DNA of 64,000 nt from an uncultured Fibrobacterota bacterium (GTDB lineage: Bacteria > Fibrobacterota > Chitinivibrionia > Chitinivibrionales > FEN-1185), in NCBI GenBank assembly GCA_963729895.1, contig CAVSQB010000009.1:32001-96000 (forward strand), read 5' to 3'. The translations under genes were made by a program, and so were the position numbers. Below, piece after piece: positions 44,471 through 55,464 of the stretch; position 1 is the stretch's first letter; each line of letters opens with the position of its first letter. The notes under the pieces are model-generated. The model did no database searches. It was not told where the DNA came from and saw only the letters and a program-made list of their open reading frames with translations.

Positions 44471-47400
44471 TTGAACAAGATTGCCGCATTTGCCGTAAAA
44501 AATCCGGTTGCGATTCTCATGGCGGCGCTTGGCGTACTGCTGCTGGGTATTCTCTCGTATTCACGCCTTGGCATGGAACTATTCCCAAGCCTCAACAATC
44601 CCCGTCTCTATATCGATTTCAACGCGGGGGAACAACCGCCCGAAGAGATCGAAAAGCAATATGTTCAGAAGCTCGAAGCGCAGGCCATCAGGCAGCACAA
44701 CGCCGCGAGCGTGGCATCGATCTGCCGCGTGGGCAGCGGCCAGGTCACCGTGGAATACGCATGGGACGCCGACATGAACGAGGCGTTTCTCGATTTACAG
44801 AAGGCAGTTTCCACGTTCGCACAGAGCGTCTCGCTTGATACGATCAGCGTTTCGCAGTACGATCCGAACAACGAACCGGTGGTGATCCTCGGCTTTTCAA
44901 ATAAAAAAATTACGGACATGAACGCCATGCGCAAGACAGCCGAAACCTGTGTGCGCAACGAACTGGTACGCCTCCCCGGAATTGCCGACGTCGAGATATG
45001 CGGCCAGGATCAAGACCAGGTATCCATCGAAACAAACGACTATCTCCTGCAGGCCTACGGCCTTTCTGCCGCCACCTTGGCCACTCAGATACAGAATTTC
45101 AACAGAAATCTTTCGGGCGGTTCGATCCAGGAGATGGGACTCAAATACGTCGTCAAGGGCGTGGGTGTATTCAACTCGCTGGCGGACTTCGAAAATCTTG
45201 TGGTGGCCTTCGGCCAGAGCGCCACGACGCAGGGGCCGCAGGATACGACAACGGGCAACAAGACGCCGATCCGGTTGAAAGACGTGGCCAAAGTTTCGCT
45301 GAAAAACAAAGACCCGCAGAACATCGTGCGTGTCAACGGCGTTCGCTGCCTGGGGCTGCGGGTGTACAAAGAAACAAAGTACAATACCGTCAAGGCGGTG
45401 CAGGAAATCTACGGCGCCATAAAGCGGCTGCGATTGTCATTGCCCGGCTACGATTTCTCCATCGTCAGCAACCAAGGGAAATTCATTGATGAATCCATCG
45501 GTGAGATGAAGCAGACCGCACTCATCGGAATCTTTCTTGCGGTCATGGCGCTTCTGTTTTTTCTCCGCCAATTCGGCGCCACGGTAATCATCAGCGTGGC
45601 GATTCCCTTTTCCATTATCTCCACCTTCAACCTCATGTATTTCAACCACCTGACGCTTAATCTCATGACGCTGGGAGGGCTGGCTCTGGCAGCCGGACGG
45701 CTTGTCGACGATGCCGTGGTGGTGGTTGAAAACATCATCCGCAATGTCGAGGAAGGCTATTCCATACGCGAGGCGGCGGTCCGCGGCACGGGGCAGGTCG
45801 GCGGGGCGGTGCTGGCATCCACACTGACGACGGTGGTGGTGTTCCTGCCGATCATTTACCTTCACGGCATTTCTGCGGAATTGTTCAAAGACCAGGCCTT
45901 GACAGTTGCATTTGCACTTTTCTCCTCCCTGGCAGTGGCGTTGACCGTAATTCCCATGCTCTCGTCGAGGTTCCTGGGGCAAAAACCGTTGCAGCACTCC
46001 CTGCATTTTCACTGGTACAGGGGGCTGCTTGAAGGCGCGCTCAAGAAGCGGAAAACGATTCTTCTGTGCACCGGGTTGCTCATGGCGCTTTCGCTGGCGC
46101 TTGTTCCCTTTGTCGGGTCCGAGTTCTTTCCAACCGTGAGCACCCGTGAATTCACGGTTGCGGTCCATCTTCCCGAGGGAACAACCTTGCAGCGCACGGC
46201 GCAAACCGTACGCGGGTTGGAAGTACTCATCGGCTCTGTCCTCAAGGATGCCGTGGAAACGGTATACAGCGAAAGCGGCCCGGTCACCACGGCAACGATC
46301 ACGAATGTCGAAAATGAACCGCAGGACGAAAACACCGCGGAGATCCGGGTGGTGCTCAGGCAGAACCAGCCCATCGATGCGGCGAAAGCTGCGGAGATGC
46401 TTTCCAAAGCCAGCATCGGCGGTCCGGGACTCGCCATTCAATACAAACCCCAGCAAAATGTGCTGCTGGACGTGGTGGGAAACAACGAGCCTCCCGTTGT
46501 CGTCGAAGTAAAGGGCGACGATCTTGGCATACTGGAGAAACTGGCCGATTCAATAACCCTCGCCATGGGGAAGATCAGGGGCTTGACTAATGTGAGTTCC
46601 AATTTCGAGCAGGGCGCTCCGTCGATAGAGGTTATGGTCGATCGCCTGCGCGCAGGCGATTACAACGCCAGCGCGGCCGACATCGCAACCCAGCTTCACG
46701 ACAAAATGCTCGGCAGGACAGCCGGCCAGTGGGACCACGGCGGAGAGCTCAAGGACATCACCATTTTGTTCCCCGAAATGACCCAGTCGCAGCTCGCGGA
46801 CTTTACATTGATAGAAGGGAATACCACCGTGCCGCTGCAGGATGTTGCGCAGATAAAACGCGGGTTCTCGCCAAAAGAGATCCTGCGCCGCGACCAGGTC
46901 CGGTTGGCGCGAATCACGGCCCAGCTCACCGGAACCGCCGCGTTGAGCCAGGTTATTGCACAAATCAAGCGATATGTGGCATCGTTAGCCGTCCCGCCCA
47001 CCTACCGGCTCGAAATTGCGGGAGACGAACAAAAACGCGCCGAATCGTTCCGCGACCTTGCCTTTGCGCTCGCACTCGCGGTTCTGTTGGTGTACATGGT
47101 GCTGGCGGCGCAGCTGGAATCGCTGTTGCATCCGTTTGTCATAATCTGTACGGTTCCGCTCGGGATTGTGGGCGTGGTACCGCTCTTCTTCCTGCTTGGA
47201 AAGTCGTTCAACATCATGGCCTTGATCGGTGTAATCATGCTCGCGGGCATTGTGGTGAGCAATGCCATCGTTCTGCTTGATGCAGTGCGGCAGCTCCGGG
47301 AGTCGGGTATGTCGCGCCATGAGGCCCTGCTCCTCGCCGGGCAGCGGCGCATACGGCCCATCGTCATCACCAGCCTTACCACGGTTCTGGCGCTCCTGCC

Positions 47401-47560
47401 GCTGGCGTTCGGGTTCGGCGCAGGCGCCGCGCTGCGCGCGCCCATGGCGCTCGCCGTAATGGGCGGGCTCACGGCCTCCACGCTGCTCACCCTGGTGGTT
47501 ATCCCCTGCGTGTACGAAATGGTGGAGGGGTGGCGGGAAAAAATCGTGAAGAGAAAGTAA
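44471..47560 (+). CDS. RND permease (AcrB/SwrC-like)
   Basis: FAVKNP, TM4 GRLVDDAVVVVENI, LESLLHP, RIRPIVITSLTT, PMALAVMGGL; TTG start. Confidence 0.93.
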   Translation: MNKIAAFAVKNPVAILMAALGVLLLGILSYSRLGMELFPSLNNPRLYIDFNAGEQPPEEIEKQYVQKLEAQAIRQHNAASVASICRVGSGQVTVEYAWDADMNEAFLDLQKAVSTFAQSVSLDTISVSQYDPNNEPVVILGFSNKKITDMNAMRKTAETCVRNELVRLPGIADVEICGQDQDQVSIETNDYLLQAYGLSAATLATQIQNFNRNLSGGSIQEMGLKYVVKGVGVFNSLADFENLVVAFGQSATTQGPQDTTTGNKTPIRLKDVAKVSLKNKDPQNIVRVNGVRCLGLRVYKETKYNTVKAVQEIYGAIKRLRLSLPGYDFSIVSNQGKFIDESIGEMKQTALIGIFLAVMALLFFLRQFGATVIISVAIPFSIISTFNLMYFNHLTLNLMTLGGLALAAGRLVDDAVVVVENIIRNVEEGYSIREAAVRGTGQVGGAVLASTLTTVVVFLPIIYLHGISAELFKDQALTVAFALFSSLAVALTVIPMLSSRFLGQKPLQHSLHFHWYRGLLEGALKKRKTILLCTGLLMALSLALVPFVGSEFFPTVSTREFTVAVHLPEGTTLQRTAQTVRGLEVLIGSVLKDAVETVYSESGPVTTATITNVENEPQDENTAEIRVVLRQNQPIDAAKAAEMLSKASIGGPGLAIQYKPQQNVLLDVVGNNEPPVVVEVKGDDLGILEKLADSITLAMGKIRGLTNVSSNFEQGAPSIEVMVDRLRAGDYNASAADIATQLHDKMLGRTAGQWDHGGELKDITILFPEMTQSQLADFTLIEGNTTVPLQDVAQIKRGFSPKEILRRDQVRLARITAQLTGTAALSQVIAQIKRYVASLAVPPTYRLEIAGDEQKRAESFRDLAFALALAVLLVYMVLAAQLESLLHPFVIICTVPLGIVGVVPLFFLLGKSFNIMALIGVIMLAGIVVSNAIVLLDAVRQLRESGMSRHEALLLAGQRRIRPIVITSLTTVLALLPLAFGFGAGAALRAPMALAVMGGLTASTLLTLVVIPCVYEMVEGWREKIVKRK

Positions 47561-47657
47561 CGGTAAAATACGTGTGGCGTGGTGGGCGGAATCTGATAAA
47601 TCAAAGCCGCTAAATTTCCCGAAGGGGAATCTGCGAGGGGACGAGACAGAATTCCCG

Positions 47658-50600
47658 ATGATACAACTTCTCAACCGTAAAATCTTCATCAGCGTGCTTT
47701 TTGTCGGCATCTGCCTGCTGGGAGTGGTGTCGTTTCATTACCTGCCGCTGGAACTATACCCCAATACGGAACTGCCCATGCTTCTGATCCGCATCACCAG
47801 CCGCATCGATGTGGACCCGTCGTATATGGAAACCAACGGCGTGATGCCGCTCGAGGGCGCGGCCGCGATGCTGGAAGGCGTCGACAATCTGCTTTCTTAT
47901 TCGGAACCCCGCAGGGGTACGATTTACGTCTATTTCGACAAGAGCGTCAACGTCAAGTATGAATTTCTCAAATTGCAGCAGCGGGTCACCGCGCTGGTAA
48001 GCCAGCTTCCCACCCAGTTCACGGTGGAAGTCGACAAAGTGAATACCGAACAGGCCGCCAACCAGTTCATGACCCTGCAGGTGCTCGGCGACGGCGGGAG
48101 TGACCGCATCCGCAATATCGTCGATCAGCAGATAGCCCCGGTGCTCCAGGACATCGACGGCGTTGCGAGCGCGCAGGTCTTCGGCGGACGCTCAAAAAGC
48201 GTCGAGATAGTCATGAACGATGACATCTGCCGCGCCTACGACATAACGCCGACCCGCGTCCAGAACCTGCTGAAGCAGAACAACAACGCCCGTCAATACG
48301 TAGGCGCGCTGCACGACGGCGGCAAGCGTTTTTTTGTTGACGTGGACGCGGATTTCAGAACCATCGACGATCTGAAAAACATTGCCGTGAGCAACAAGAA
48401 CGGGAAAGTCCTTCTCAAGGATATCGCCGACGTCTTTTACGGTTTCAAGGAGCCAACGAGTCTGAGCCGCGTCAACGGCAAGGAAGCGGTGAGCGTTCAA
48501 CTCGTCCGCGATGCCCAGGTAAACCAGATCGATCTTTCGCACCAGACGCAGGCCGTCATCAAAAAATTGAACAAGACCCTGGCGCCGCAGAACGTACAGA
48601 TCGTGATCCAATCCAATGCCGCCGATTCCATAGAGGAAAGCCTTCGTCAGATCGCATTGCTGGTTTTGACCGGCGGTCTTCTGGCTGTCGGAGTGCTGTG
48701 GATTTTCCTGCGCAACCTCCGGCTGGTGTTGATCGTTGCAGCGGCAATTCCCATATCTGTACTCGGCGCGTTCAATCTTTTCTACCTGTTCGGCATTACG
48801 CTCAACAGCCTTACCCTGGTCGGCATGGCCCTCGCCGTGGGTATGCTCGTTGACAACAGCGTCGTGGTAATGGAGAACATCTATCGGCTGGCTGCGCGCA
48901 GAAACGATCCCGAACGAGCCGTGACCCGGGGAACAACCGAGGTATGGCGTTCGGTGTTCGCCTCAACCCTCACGACGGTTGTAATTTTTATTCCATTCCT
49001 GTTCGCGTCCGATTTTACCATCAGGCTGATCGGTAAACACATGGGCGTTTCGGTGATCGCAACGCTCGTCATTTCGTTGATTACGGCGTTTCTCCTGGTC
49101 CCCATGGCAATCCTCCTTCGGTTGCGCACGGCCCCGCAGAGTACCTTTTCGTTCCGGAGGATCGATTCGCGCACGCCCGCAATCCGTATCTACCGCGTGC
49201 TGCTCAAAGCCGCCTTGCGCCATCCCGCGGTCACGATCTGCGGGGCGCTTGCGGTTTTCCTCATCTCACTCGGCATCTGCCTTTCTCAGGGCAACGCCTC
49301 GGTCGAGCAGGAGGAGACGGAACAATTCAGCGTCTACCTCACCATGCCAACCGGCGCTACGCTGGACAAAACCGATTTTGCAGTCCGCGAACTTGAAAAA
49401 CGCCTGCAGGGCATTGACGAAACAGACAATCTGCTCAGCATGGTATACGAGGATGAAGCGGTGCTCACGGTAAAGCTCAAGAACAATTATTCCGATATTG
49501 CGGATCGCACCTTGCCCCAGATCAAGGCCGACATTCAAAAAAGACTCGATAATTTTCCGCTGGGGAGCGTCGGTTTCACGCAGCCGACATCAAGTTCCCG
49601 CTACCGGGGAAACAACGGGGTGAACGCCAATGCCCGGCTGCAGCAGGTGCTGGGCGCGGGCAGCCAGGACGAAACGGTCGTGGTGCGAGGTGACGATTTT
49701 GAGCGGATGGAAGCCGTGGCGGACGAAATCAGGTTCGAACTCAACAACCTTTCTACGGTCCAGTCGGTGCAGCTTGATGTTCCCGGCCGTCAAGGCGAGG
49801 TCCATTTGTTCTTTGACACGCAACTCATGCGGGAATACGGCATAGGCCTTCAATCGGTTGCTTCGGAACTGTCCGGGTTTACGCAGGAACTCACCTCGGG
49901 CCTGGAATTCAAGCAGGGCGCCGACCAATACGACATCATGGTGACGTCGAAAGGCGCGTCGGTCCAGAACCGGAACCCATCGGGCCACGGCACCGCAGTG
50001 AATAATGCCAAGACTTTTGACGAGCTCAACAACGTTCCGGTTTCGGCTTCCGATGGCACCGATTACCCGCTTCAAGACATAAGCAAAATCATCCGCGCCA
50101 ACGGTCCCGCCAGCATCAACCGGGCAAACCAGGAACACCGCATCGTCGTTACCTATCATTTCAATGATGAAATTGCCTCATCGCAATCGCTGCTCAAGGC
50201 CGCCCGCGAGGAGGTCGACAACACAATCGATGCCATGACATTCCCGGCAGGTATCGCCGTGGAACCGGTGCACGGCCAGGCCGGCCTGAACGATTTTTAC
50301 TGGCTTATCGGCGCCGCGTTTCTTCTTATTTTCATGATTCTTGCCTCGGTTTTTGAATCGTTCACCGCTCCCCTGGTCATGATGTTTTCGATACCCCTTG
50401 CCGCCATCGGCGCGTTCTGGCTCCTGGTCCTCACCGGGCACTCCTTGCTGAATGCAAATTCGCTTATGGGGTTCCTGATCTTGTTCGGCGTGGTGGTAGG
50501 CAACGGAATCATCCTGATCGATTTTACGCGCGTGCTGCGCCGGCGCGGATTTTCCACGGCGCGCGCGCTCATGACCGCAGGTCAGGACCGAATGAGGCCG

Positions 50601-52418
50601 ATTTTCATAACCGCGATCACCACCGCGGTCGGCATGCTGCCGCTTGCATTGGGCAAAGGCGGGCAGATCGGTGCCATCGGTGCGCCCTTTGCGCTTACGG
50701 TAATAGGCGGCATCATTTCCGCGTCGCTGCTGACGCTTATCTTTATTCCAACCTGTTATTTCGGGTTGGAGTCGGCGCTCGGGTATCTGCGGTCGCTTTC
50801 GTGGACAGTCCGCATTGTTCAGCTATGCGCCCTTGCCATGTGCGCATGGCTCGTATTTGTCTTTGTGGATGATCAGCTCTGGCGCCTGGCCGATGTCATC
50901 ACCTTCACCGTCGCGATCCCGGCCGCCACCTGGTTTCTGCTTTCGAGTCTGCGCAGGGCCCGCATGTCAGGCGAGGGACAAGGCCAGGTGACCATACACA
51001 TTCGTAACGTGCAGAAGATCTACAACATGCCGGGGCGATTCGCGCGGGAGTGGGGCACCGCCGTCAAGGGCATCGCCCATGGTGATGCGAAGGATGATTG
51101 GGGAGCGCTGCTGTGGCAGATCCCGCTTTTGGGGTTTCTAGTCTATTTTGTCTATTGGTATACGGAAAATGAATTCTGGCAATTCACGTTTGCGCTTGTC
51201 ACGTACTGCTATGCGCTTTTCCTTTTCAAGCGGCACAGCCGGCTCATTTATTGTGCATGGCCGGGGAATAAGGCAGTCATCGGCCCGCAAAACAAAGTGT
51301 ACACGGCTTTGTTCTGGGGAGCGCCGCTCGCGAATTTGGTTTTCTTCCAGCACGATTGGAAACGAATTTCGGTCGTTCTGCTTGCCGGGATTATGTGGTA
51401 TCTGGGGCTTGCCGTTTTCCGGACGTCGCGTTGGCTCGAAAACAATCCCGGGGCCGACCCGCGAAATTGGAAAAAGACCTGGGCAAAGCCTGCCGCCGTA
51501 TTTATTGCATTAGTGAAGGTGATACCCGTGTTGGGCGCCGGCCGGTCAACATTTCATGCACTCAAAGGCGTTAGTCTCCAGATAGAACACGGCATGTTCG
51601 GACTGCTCGGCCCCAACGGAGCGGGCAAAAGCACCCTCATGCGGATCGTGGCGGGAATATACGAGCAGACCTACGGGAAGGTGTACATCAACGGACTCGA
51701 CACCGCCCTGCACCGCGAAGAGCTGCAGGGACTGATCGGCTATCTTCCGCAGGAATTCGGCACGTACCCGAATTTGACGGCGCAGGAATTCATGGATTAT
51801 CAAGCAATTATCAAAGGGCTGCGCAATCCCGCGACGCGGAAGGAGCGGATACGTTCCGTACTGACCGCGGTGCATATGGAAGATCATGCCGATGAAAAGA
51901 TCGGGTCATTTTCGGGAGGGATGAAACAGCGAATCGGCATCGCACAGATCCTCCTTCACCTGCCCCGTATTCTGATTGTGGATGAGCCCACGGCCGGGCT
52001 CGATCCCGGTGAACGGATCCGGTTCCGTAATCTGCTGGTTGAGTTGAGCCGCCAGCGAATTGTGATCTTCTCAACGCATATCATCGAAGATATTTCGTCG
52101 TCGTGCAACCGCATGGCGGTTCTGGTCGGCGGTGAATTGCGTTATGCGGGCGAGCCGTCAGGCATGCTCACGCACGCGGCCGGGCGTGTGTGGCAGGTAA
52201 CCGTCGATTCAACGGCGTATGAAGCGCTCGCCCGGCGAACGTCGGTGGTGCGCCACATAAGCGACCTGCGCCGAATCCATGTCCGGTGCATTTCTTCGGG
52301 CAAACCTCATCCCGAGGCGCAACCGGTGCAACCCACGCTGGAAGATTCGTATCTATGTCTCACGCGCGACCTGAAGGACGATGACGAAAGAGGCCGGAAT
52401 CATGCTGAAACGACGTAA
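47658..52418 (+). CDS. RND permease fused to extra TM helices and a C-terminal ABC ATPase
   Basis: Full RND (GMLVDNSVVVMENI, RMRPIFITAITT) followed in frame by GPNGAGKS, YLPQ, FSGGM, LIVDEPT, STH; start chosen at MIQLLNRK. Confidence 0.9.
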   Translation: MIQLLNRKIFISVLFVGICLLGVVSFHYLPLELYPNTELPMLLIRITSRIDVDPSYMETNGVMPLEGAAAMLEGVDNLLSYSEPRRGTIYVYFDKSVNVKYEFLKLQQRVTALVSQLPTQFTVEVDKVNTEQAANQFMTLQVLGDGGSDRIRNIVDQQIAPVLQDIDGVASAQVFGGRSKSVEIVMNDDICRAYDITPTRVQNLLKQNNNARQYVGALHDGGKRFFVDVDADFRTIDDLKNIAVSNKNGKVLLKDIADVFYGFKEPTSLSRVNGKEAVSVQLVRDAQVNQIDLSHQTQAVIKKLNKTLAPQNVQIVIQSNAADSIEESLRQIALLVLTGGLLAVGVLWIFLRNLRLVLIVAAAIPISVLGAFNLFYLFGITLNSLTLVGMALAVGMLVDNSVVVMENIYRLAARRNDPERAVTRGTTEVWRSVFASTLTTVVIFIPFLFASDFTIRLIGKHMGVSVIATLVISLITAFLLVPMAILLRLRTAPQSTFSFRRIDSRTPAIRIYRVLLKAALRHPAVTICGALAVFLISLGICLSQGNASVEQEETEQFSVYLTMPTGATLDKTDFAVRELEKRLQGIDETDNLLSMVYEDEAVLTVKLKNNYSDIADRTLPQIKADIQKRLDNFPLGSVGFTQPTSSSRYRGNNGVNANARLQQVLGAGSQDETVVVRGDDFERMEAVADEIRFELNNLSTVQSVQLDVPGRQGEVHLFFDTQLMREYGIGLQSVASELSGFTQELTSGLEFKQGADQYDIMVTSKGASVQNRNPSGHGTAVNNAKTFDELNNVPVSASDGTDYPLQDISKIIRANGPASINRANQEHRIVVTYHFNDEIASSQSLLKAAREEVDNTIDAMTFPAGIAVEPVHGQAGLNDFYWLIGAAFLLIFMILASVFESFTAPLVMMFSIPLAAIGAFWLLVLTGHSLLNANSLMGFLILFGVVVGNGIILIDFTRVLRRRGFSTARALMTAGQDRMRPIFITAITTAVGMLPLALGKGGQIGAIGAPFALTVIGGIISASLLTLIFIPTCYFGLESALGYLRSLSWTVRIVQLCALAMCAWLVFVFVDDQLWRLADVITFTVAIPAATWFLLSSLRRARMSGEGQGQVTIHIRNVQKIYNMPGRFAREWGTAVKGIAHGDAKDDWGALLWQIPLLGFLVYFVYWYTENEFWQFTFALVTYCYALFLFKRHSRLIYCAWPGNKAVIGPQNKVYTALFWGAPLANLVFFQHDWKRISVVLLAGIMWYLGLAVFRTSRWLENNPGADPRNWKKTWAKPAAVFIALVKVIPVLGAGRSTFHALKGVSLQIEHGMFGLLGPNGAGKSTLMRIVAGIYEQTYGKVYINGLDTALHREELQGLIGYLPQEFGTYPNLTAQEFMDYQAIIKGLRNPATRKERIRSVLTAVHMEDHADEKIGSFSGGMKQRIGIAQILLHLPRILIVDEPTAGLDPGERIRFRNLLVELSRQRIVIFSTHIIEDISSSCNRMAVLVGGELRYAGEPSGMLTHAAGRVWQVTVDSTAYEALARRTSVVRHISDLRRIHVRCISSGKPHPEAQPVQPTLEDSYLCLTRDLKDDDERGRNHAETT

Positions 52419-53145
52419 GGCATTCTTGCTCTTCTGTAAAGGCCTGGCCCCCGGTGCAGCGCTCATCGGAAGGCTCGCAGGCTACAACCTCAAGATAATT
52501 TTCAAGCATCAGTTTCTCTATTTCCTTCTCGCGGCGATCGGTTTCTTTACAGTTGTGGTGGGAATAAATATATCCGCCGGAAGGGAGCTGAGTCCGTCGA
52601 TACTCTATAATCTTTTGCTGGTACCGGGATTATTGCTGGTATTTTATCCCGCCGCGTTCGGCATTCAGAACGATGCAGACGCGCAGATGCTCGAAGTGAT
52701 CTTCGGAATTCCCGATTACCGTTACAAGGTCTGGCTTTTCCGATTGCTGCTTTGCTTCGCACTTACGGCTGCCGTGCTTCTGTGTCTCTGCCAGGCATGC
52801 GTGGTATTGCACGTACACCTGCCGGTGTTTGGCATGGCCTTCCATTTGTGTTTTCCGGTCTTCTTCTGGGGCTCACTTGCCTTCCTGTTTTCCACGCTTA
52901 TGCGAAATGGCTACGGTGCGGCTATCATGCTGGTGCTCGCAGGCCTCGGCTCCTGGGTGGTGAGCGGTTCCCTCGCCGAAAGTCAATGGAATATCTTTCT
53001 AAACCCGTTTGCGGTTCCTCAAGGACCCAAGGAATTGGTGTGGGATTCAATTGTTCGGGCCAACCGCGTCATGCTTGCCGTGGCAGCGGGATCGGCCATT
53101 TTGTGGGGCATCAGAAATTTGCAGCGGCGGGAAAAATTCATTTAG
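52402..53145 (+). CDS. Six-TM membrane protein, ABC-2 permease-like
   Basis: Six hydrophobic segments, WNIFLNPF, overlaps upstream stop. Confidence 0.7.
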   Translation: MLKRRKAFLLFCKGLAPGAALIGRLAGYNLKIIFKHQFLYFLLAAIGFFTVVVGINISAGRELSPSILYNLLLVPGLLLVFYPAAFGIQNDADAQMLEVIFGIPDYRYKVWLFRLLLCFALTAAVLLCLCQACVVLHVHLPVFGMAFHLCFPVFFWGSLAFLFSTLMRNGYGAAIMLVLAGLGSWVVSGSLAESQWNIFLNPFAVPQGPKELVWDSIVRANRVMLAVAAGSAILWGIRNLQRREKFI

Positions 53146-53216
53146 ATCGCCTCTAGTTTCTGCAGAAGAAGGGTTCCCCACAAACTTCAATAAATCATCA
53201 AAAAGCCTACTTTGTT

Positions 53217-53231
53217 GATACAATTTTGTGC
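53217..53231 (+). promoter_or_regulatory. Candidate activator-binding site 1 (GATACAATTTTGTGC) overlapping extended -10 TGATACAAT
   Basis: One of four near-identical copies in this locus. Confidence 0.65.
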
Positions 53232-53324
53232 CACGACACAGTTTCTTAGGGTATGGATCGCTCATTTCAATTATTTTGTGTGCTCGGCAAATGCACCTGT
53301 TTCATGGTCATTGAAGAAAACCAA

Positions 53325-54881
53325 ATGAACAACCCTGCTTCTCATCTGAGCTTTAACGGACTTTCGACGCTGTATCGAATCGCCCATCTTCTCAGCTCGG
53401 GCGGCGGCATAGAAAAGACCATGGAAAGCGTGCTGGACATTCTGGAAACGCATGCCGGCATGAAACGGGGCATGATCTCAATTTTGAACCCGGAAAATTC
53501 CGAGCTGAGCGTGGACGTGGCGAGGGGAATTTCGGAAAGCGGCAAGCTGCGCGGCAAATACAGGTTGGGCGAAGGGGTCACCGGAAAGGTGGTCGCCACC
53601 GGCCGGCCCATAGCCATCCCGAAGCTTCGGAATGAGCCGACCTTTCTCGACAAGACAGGGGCCAGAAAACACCTCAAGGACACCGACCTCGCGTTTCTCT
53701 GCGTTCCCATTAAGTCGGGCGACAACGTCGTGGGTGCGCTGTCGGTGGACAAGGTTTCCGTTCAGGACGCGGTGACTCTCGAAGGCGAACTGGAATTTCT
53801 CAAGGCAGTGTCCGATCTTATCGCCCAAGTGGTCGTTGCACGACGCAAACAACAGGAGCTGATTTCCGCGCTCGAACGGGAAAACCTCGAACTCCGCAAA
53901 ACCCTTGAGGAAAAGGGCAAGCCCGACGAAATGGTTGGGAACAGCGGCTCAATGCGAGAGGTATACCGCCAGATCGGCCAGGTTGCGGCGTCGATGACAA
54001 CGGTCCTCATTCGTGGAGAGACCGGCACCGGCAAAGAGCTTGTTGCCCGAGCCATTCACCAGAAGAGCCCGTTCGCAACCGGCCCCTTTGTGCCGGTGAA
54101 CTGCGCGGCGCTTCCGGAATCGCTGCTCGAAAGCGAACTCTTCGGCCACGAAAAGGGGTCCTTTACAGGAGCGCTTTCCAAGCGGATAGGCAGGTTTGAA
54201 TCCGCGAACAATGGAACCTTGTTCCTCGATGAGGTTGGAGAAATGTCGCTGTCGGCGCAGGGCAGGCTCTTGCGCGCCATCCAGGAAAAGGAAATTCAAC
54301 GCGTCGGCAGCTCCAGTCCCGTTCGGGTAAACGTGCGCCTCATCTGCGCCACCAACCGCAATATCGAGACCGACGTCGCGGAAGGCAGATTCCGCGAAGA
54401 TTTGTACTATCGCGTGAACGTATTCACTATCCATCTGCCTCCCCTCCGGGAACGGGGCGCAGACGCTCTCCTGCTTGCCGACTACTTTGTCAAGAAGTAT
54501 GCAGTAATGAACAACAAGAAAATCGAGCGCATTTCCACGGCGGCAATCGACATGCTTTCTGCATATCATTGGCCTGGCAACGTACGCGAACTGGAGAATG
54601 TCATGGAACGCGCGGTACTCGTTGCAACGGGAAACGTGATTAACGGCCACGATCTGCCTCCCACCCTTCAGATGAAGGAACCGGACTTGCAAGGAAAGCG
54701 CAAGGACACGTTTGAGGCCATGGTTGCCTCCTACGAAAAAGAGCTTATTGTGGACGCGCTCAAGGACGCCCGTGGAAATCAGACCAAGGCCGCGCGCATA
54801 CTCGGTACCACCAAACGCGTCATTCAGTACAAAATCCGGAAGCTCGCCATCGATTTTCGAAGGTTGCGCGGAACCGCCTGA
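53325..54881 (+). CDS. NifA-like GAF-AAA+-HTH sigma54-dependent activator
   Basis: GAF ([17 protein letters not shown]), [45 protein letters not shown], Fis HTH; no nif genes in window. Confidence 0.92.
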   Translation: MNNPASHLSFNGLSTLYRIAHLLSSGGGIEKTMESVLDILETHAGMKRGMISILNPENSELSVDVARGISESGKLRGKYRLGEGVTGKVVATGRPIAIPKLRNEPTFLDKTGARKHLKDTDLAFLCVPIKSGDNVVGALSVDKVSVQDAVTLEGELEFLKAVSDLIAQVVVARRKQQELISALERENLELRKTLEEKGKPDEMVGNSGSMREVYRQIGQVAASMTTVLIRGETGTGKELVARAIHQKSPFATGPFVPVNCAALPESLLESELFGHEKGSFTGALSKRIGRFESANNGTLFLDEVGEMSLSAQGRLLRAIQEKEIQRVGSSSPVRVNVRLICATNRNIETDVAEGRFREDLYYRVNVFTIHLPPLRERGADALLLADYFVKKYAVMNNKKIERISTAAIDMLSAYHWPGNVRELENVMERAVLVATGNVINGHDLPPTLQMKEPDLQGKRKDTFEAMVASYEKELIVDALKDARGNQTKAARILGTTKRVIQYKIRKLAIDFRRLRGTA

Positions 54882-54896
54882 GGCTGGCTTTCACCG

Positions 54897-54911
54897 CCAC
54901 AATTTTGTATC
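54897..54911 (-). promoter_or_regulatory. Candidate activator-binding site 2 (GATACAAAATTGTGG on minus strand)
   Basis: 60 bp upstream of sigma54 promoter at 54971. Confidence 0.65.
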
Positions 54912-54970
54912 CTGCGCAGGACTCTCACAAAGCAACATCCGTAATTTGCTCGATTTCCCTCAATTTCTTC

Positions 54971-54986
54971 CGGCACATTTCTTGCA
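54971..54986 (+). promoter_or_regulatory. sigma54 promoter of stand-alone HTH gene
   Basis: CGGCAC-ATTTC-TTGCA, GG-N10-GC. Confidence 0.75.
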
Positions 54987-55025
54987 TATTCACATTCCTT
55001 GTTTCTTTCCGGAAGGAGCGTTGTC

Positions 55026-55304
55026 GTGGACGATATTCAAAAGAATCTCGATCAAATCCTGGAGACATTCGAGCGTAACATCATTCAAAAAACCCTGAAA
55101 GACACGCACGGAAATCAGAGCAAAGCAGCCAGGGCTCTCGGCATCACAAAACGTAAGATGCAATACAAGATCAGAAAGTACGGTGTGGATTGCAAGAGCC
55201 TCAAGGAACATCGCACGGCGGACAACGAGACGTTTTTTTCCTGGCATCCGCTCTCTTCGGGGCGACAGGACTGCCAGGATCACCGCAGCTTCCTGCTTCC
55301 CTGA
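55026..55304 (+). CDS. Stand-alone Fis-type HTH protein closely resembling the activator C-terminus
   Basis: LKDTHGNQSKAARALGITKRKMQYKIRK versus [37 protein letters not shown] before GTG. Confidence 0.8.
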   Translation: MDDIQKNLDQILETFERNIIQKTLKDTHGNQSKAARALGITKRKMQYKIRKYGVDCKSLKEHRTADNETFFSWHPLSSGRQDCQDHRSFLLP

Positions 55305-55464
55305 CGGTTCGATTCCTCGTCCGTCAACCCGGCGTTATGATTTCCAAAAACTTAAATTCCACCTGTTGGCTCCCCTCCTTTGCATTTTGCCGGCCGATCC
55401 TTTGCCGGCAATCGGCGTTTCTCATTTCAATTTTCCACATGTGAGAGGAAATATTGGCAAAAAC

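Noticed and set aside
53325..54881. Assigning the symbol nifA
   Set aside because: No nif genes or TGT-N10-ACA sites noticed nearby, and the motif is GSFTGA; only the architecture is NifA-like.
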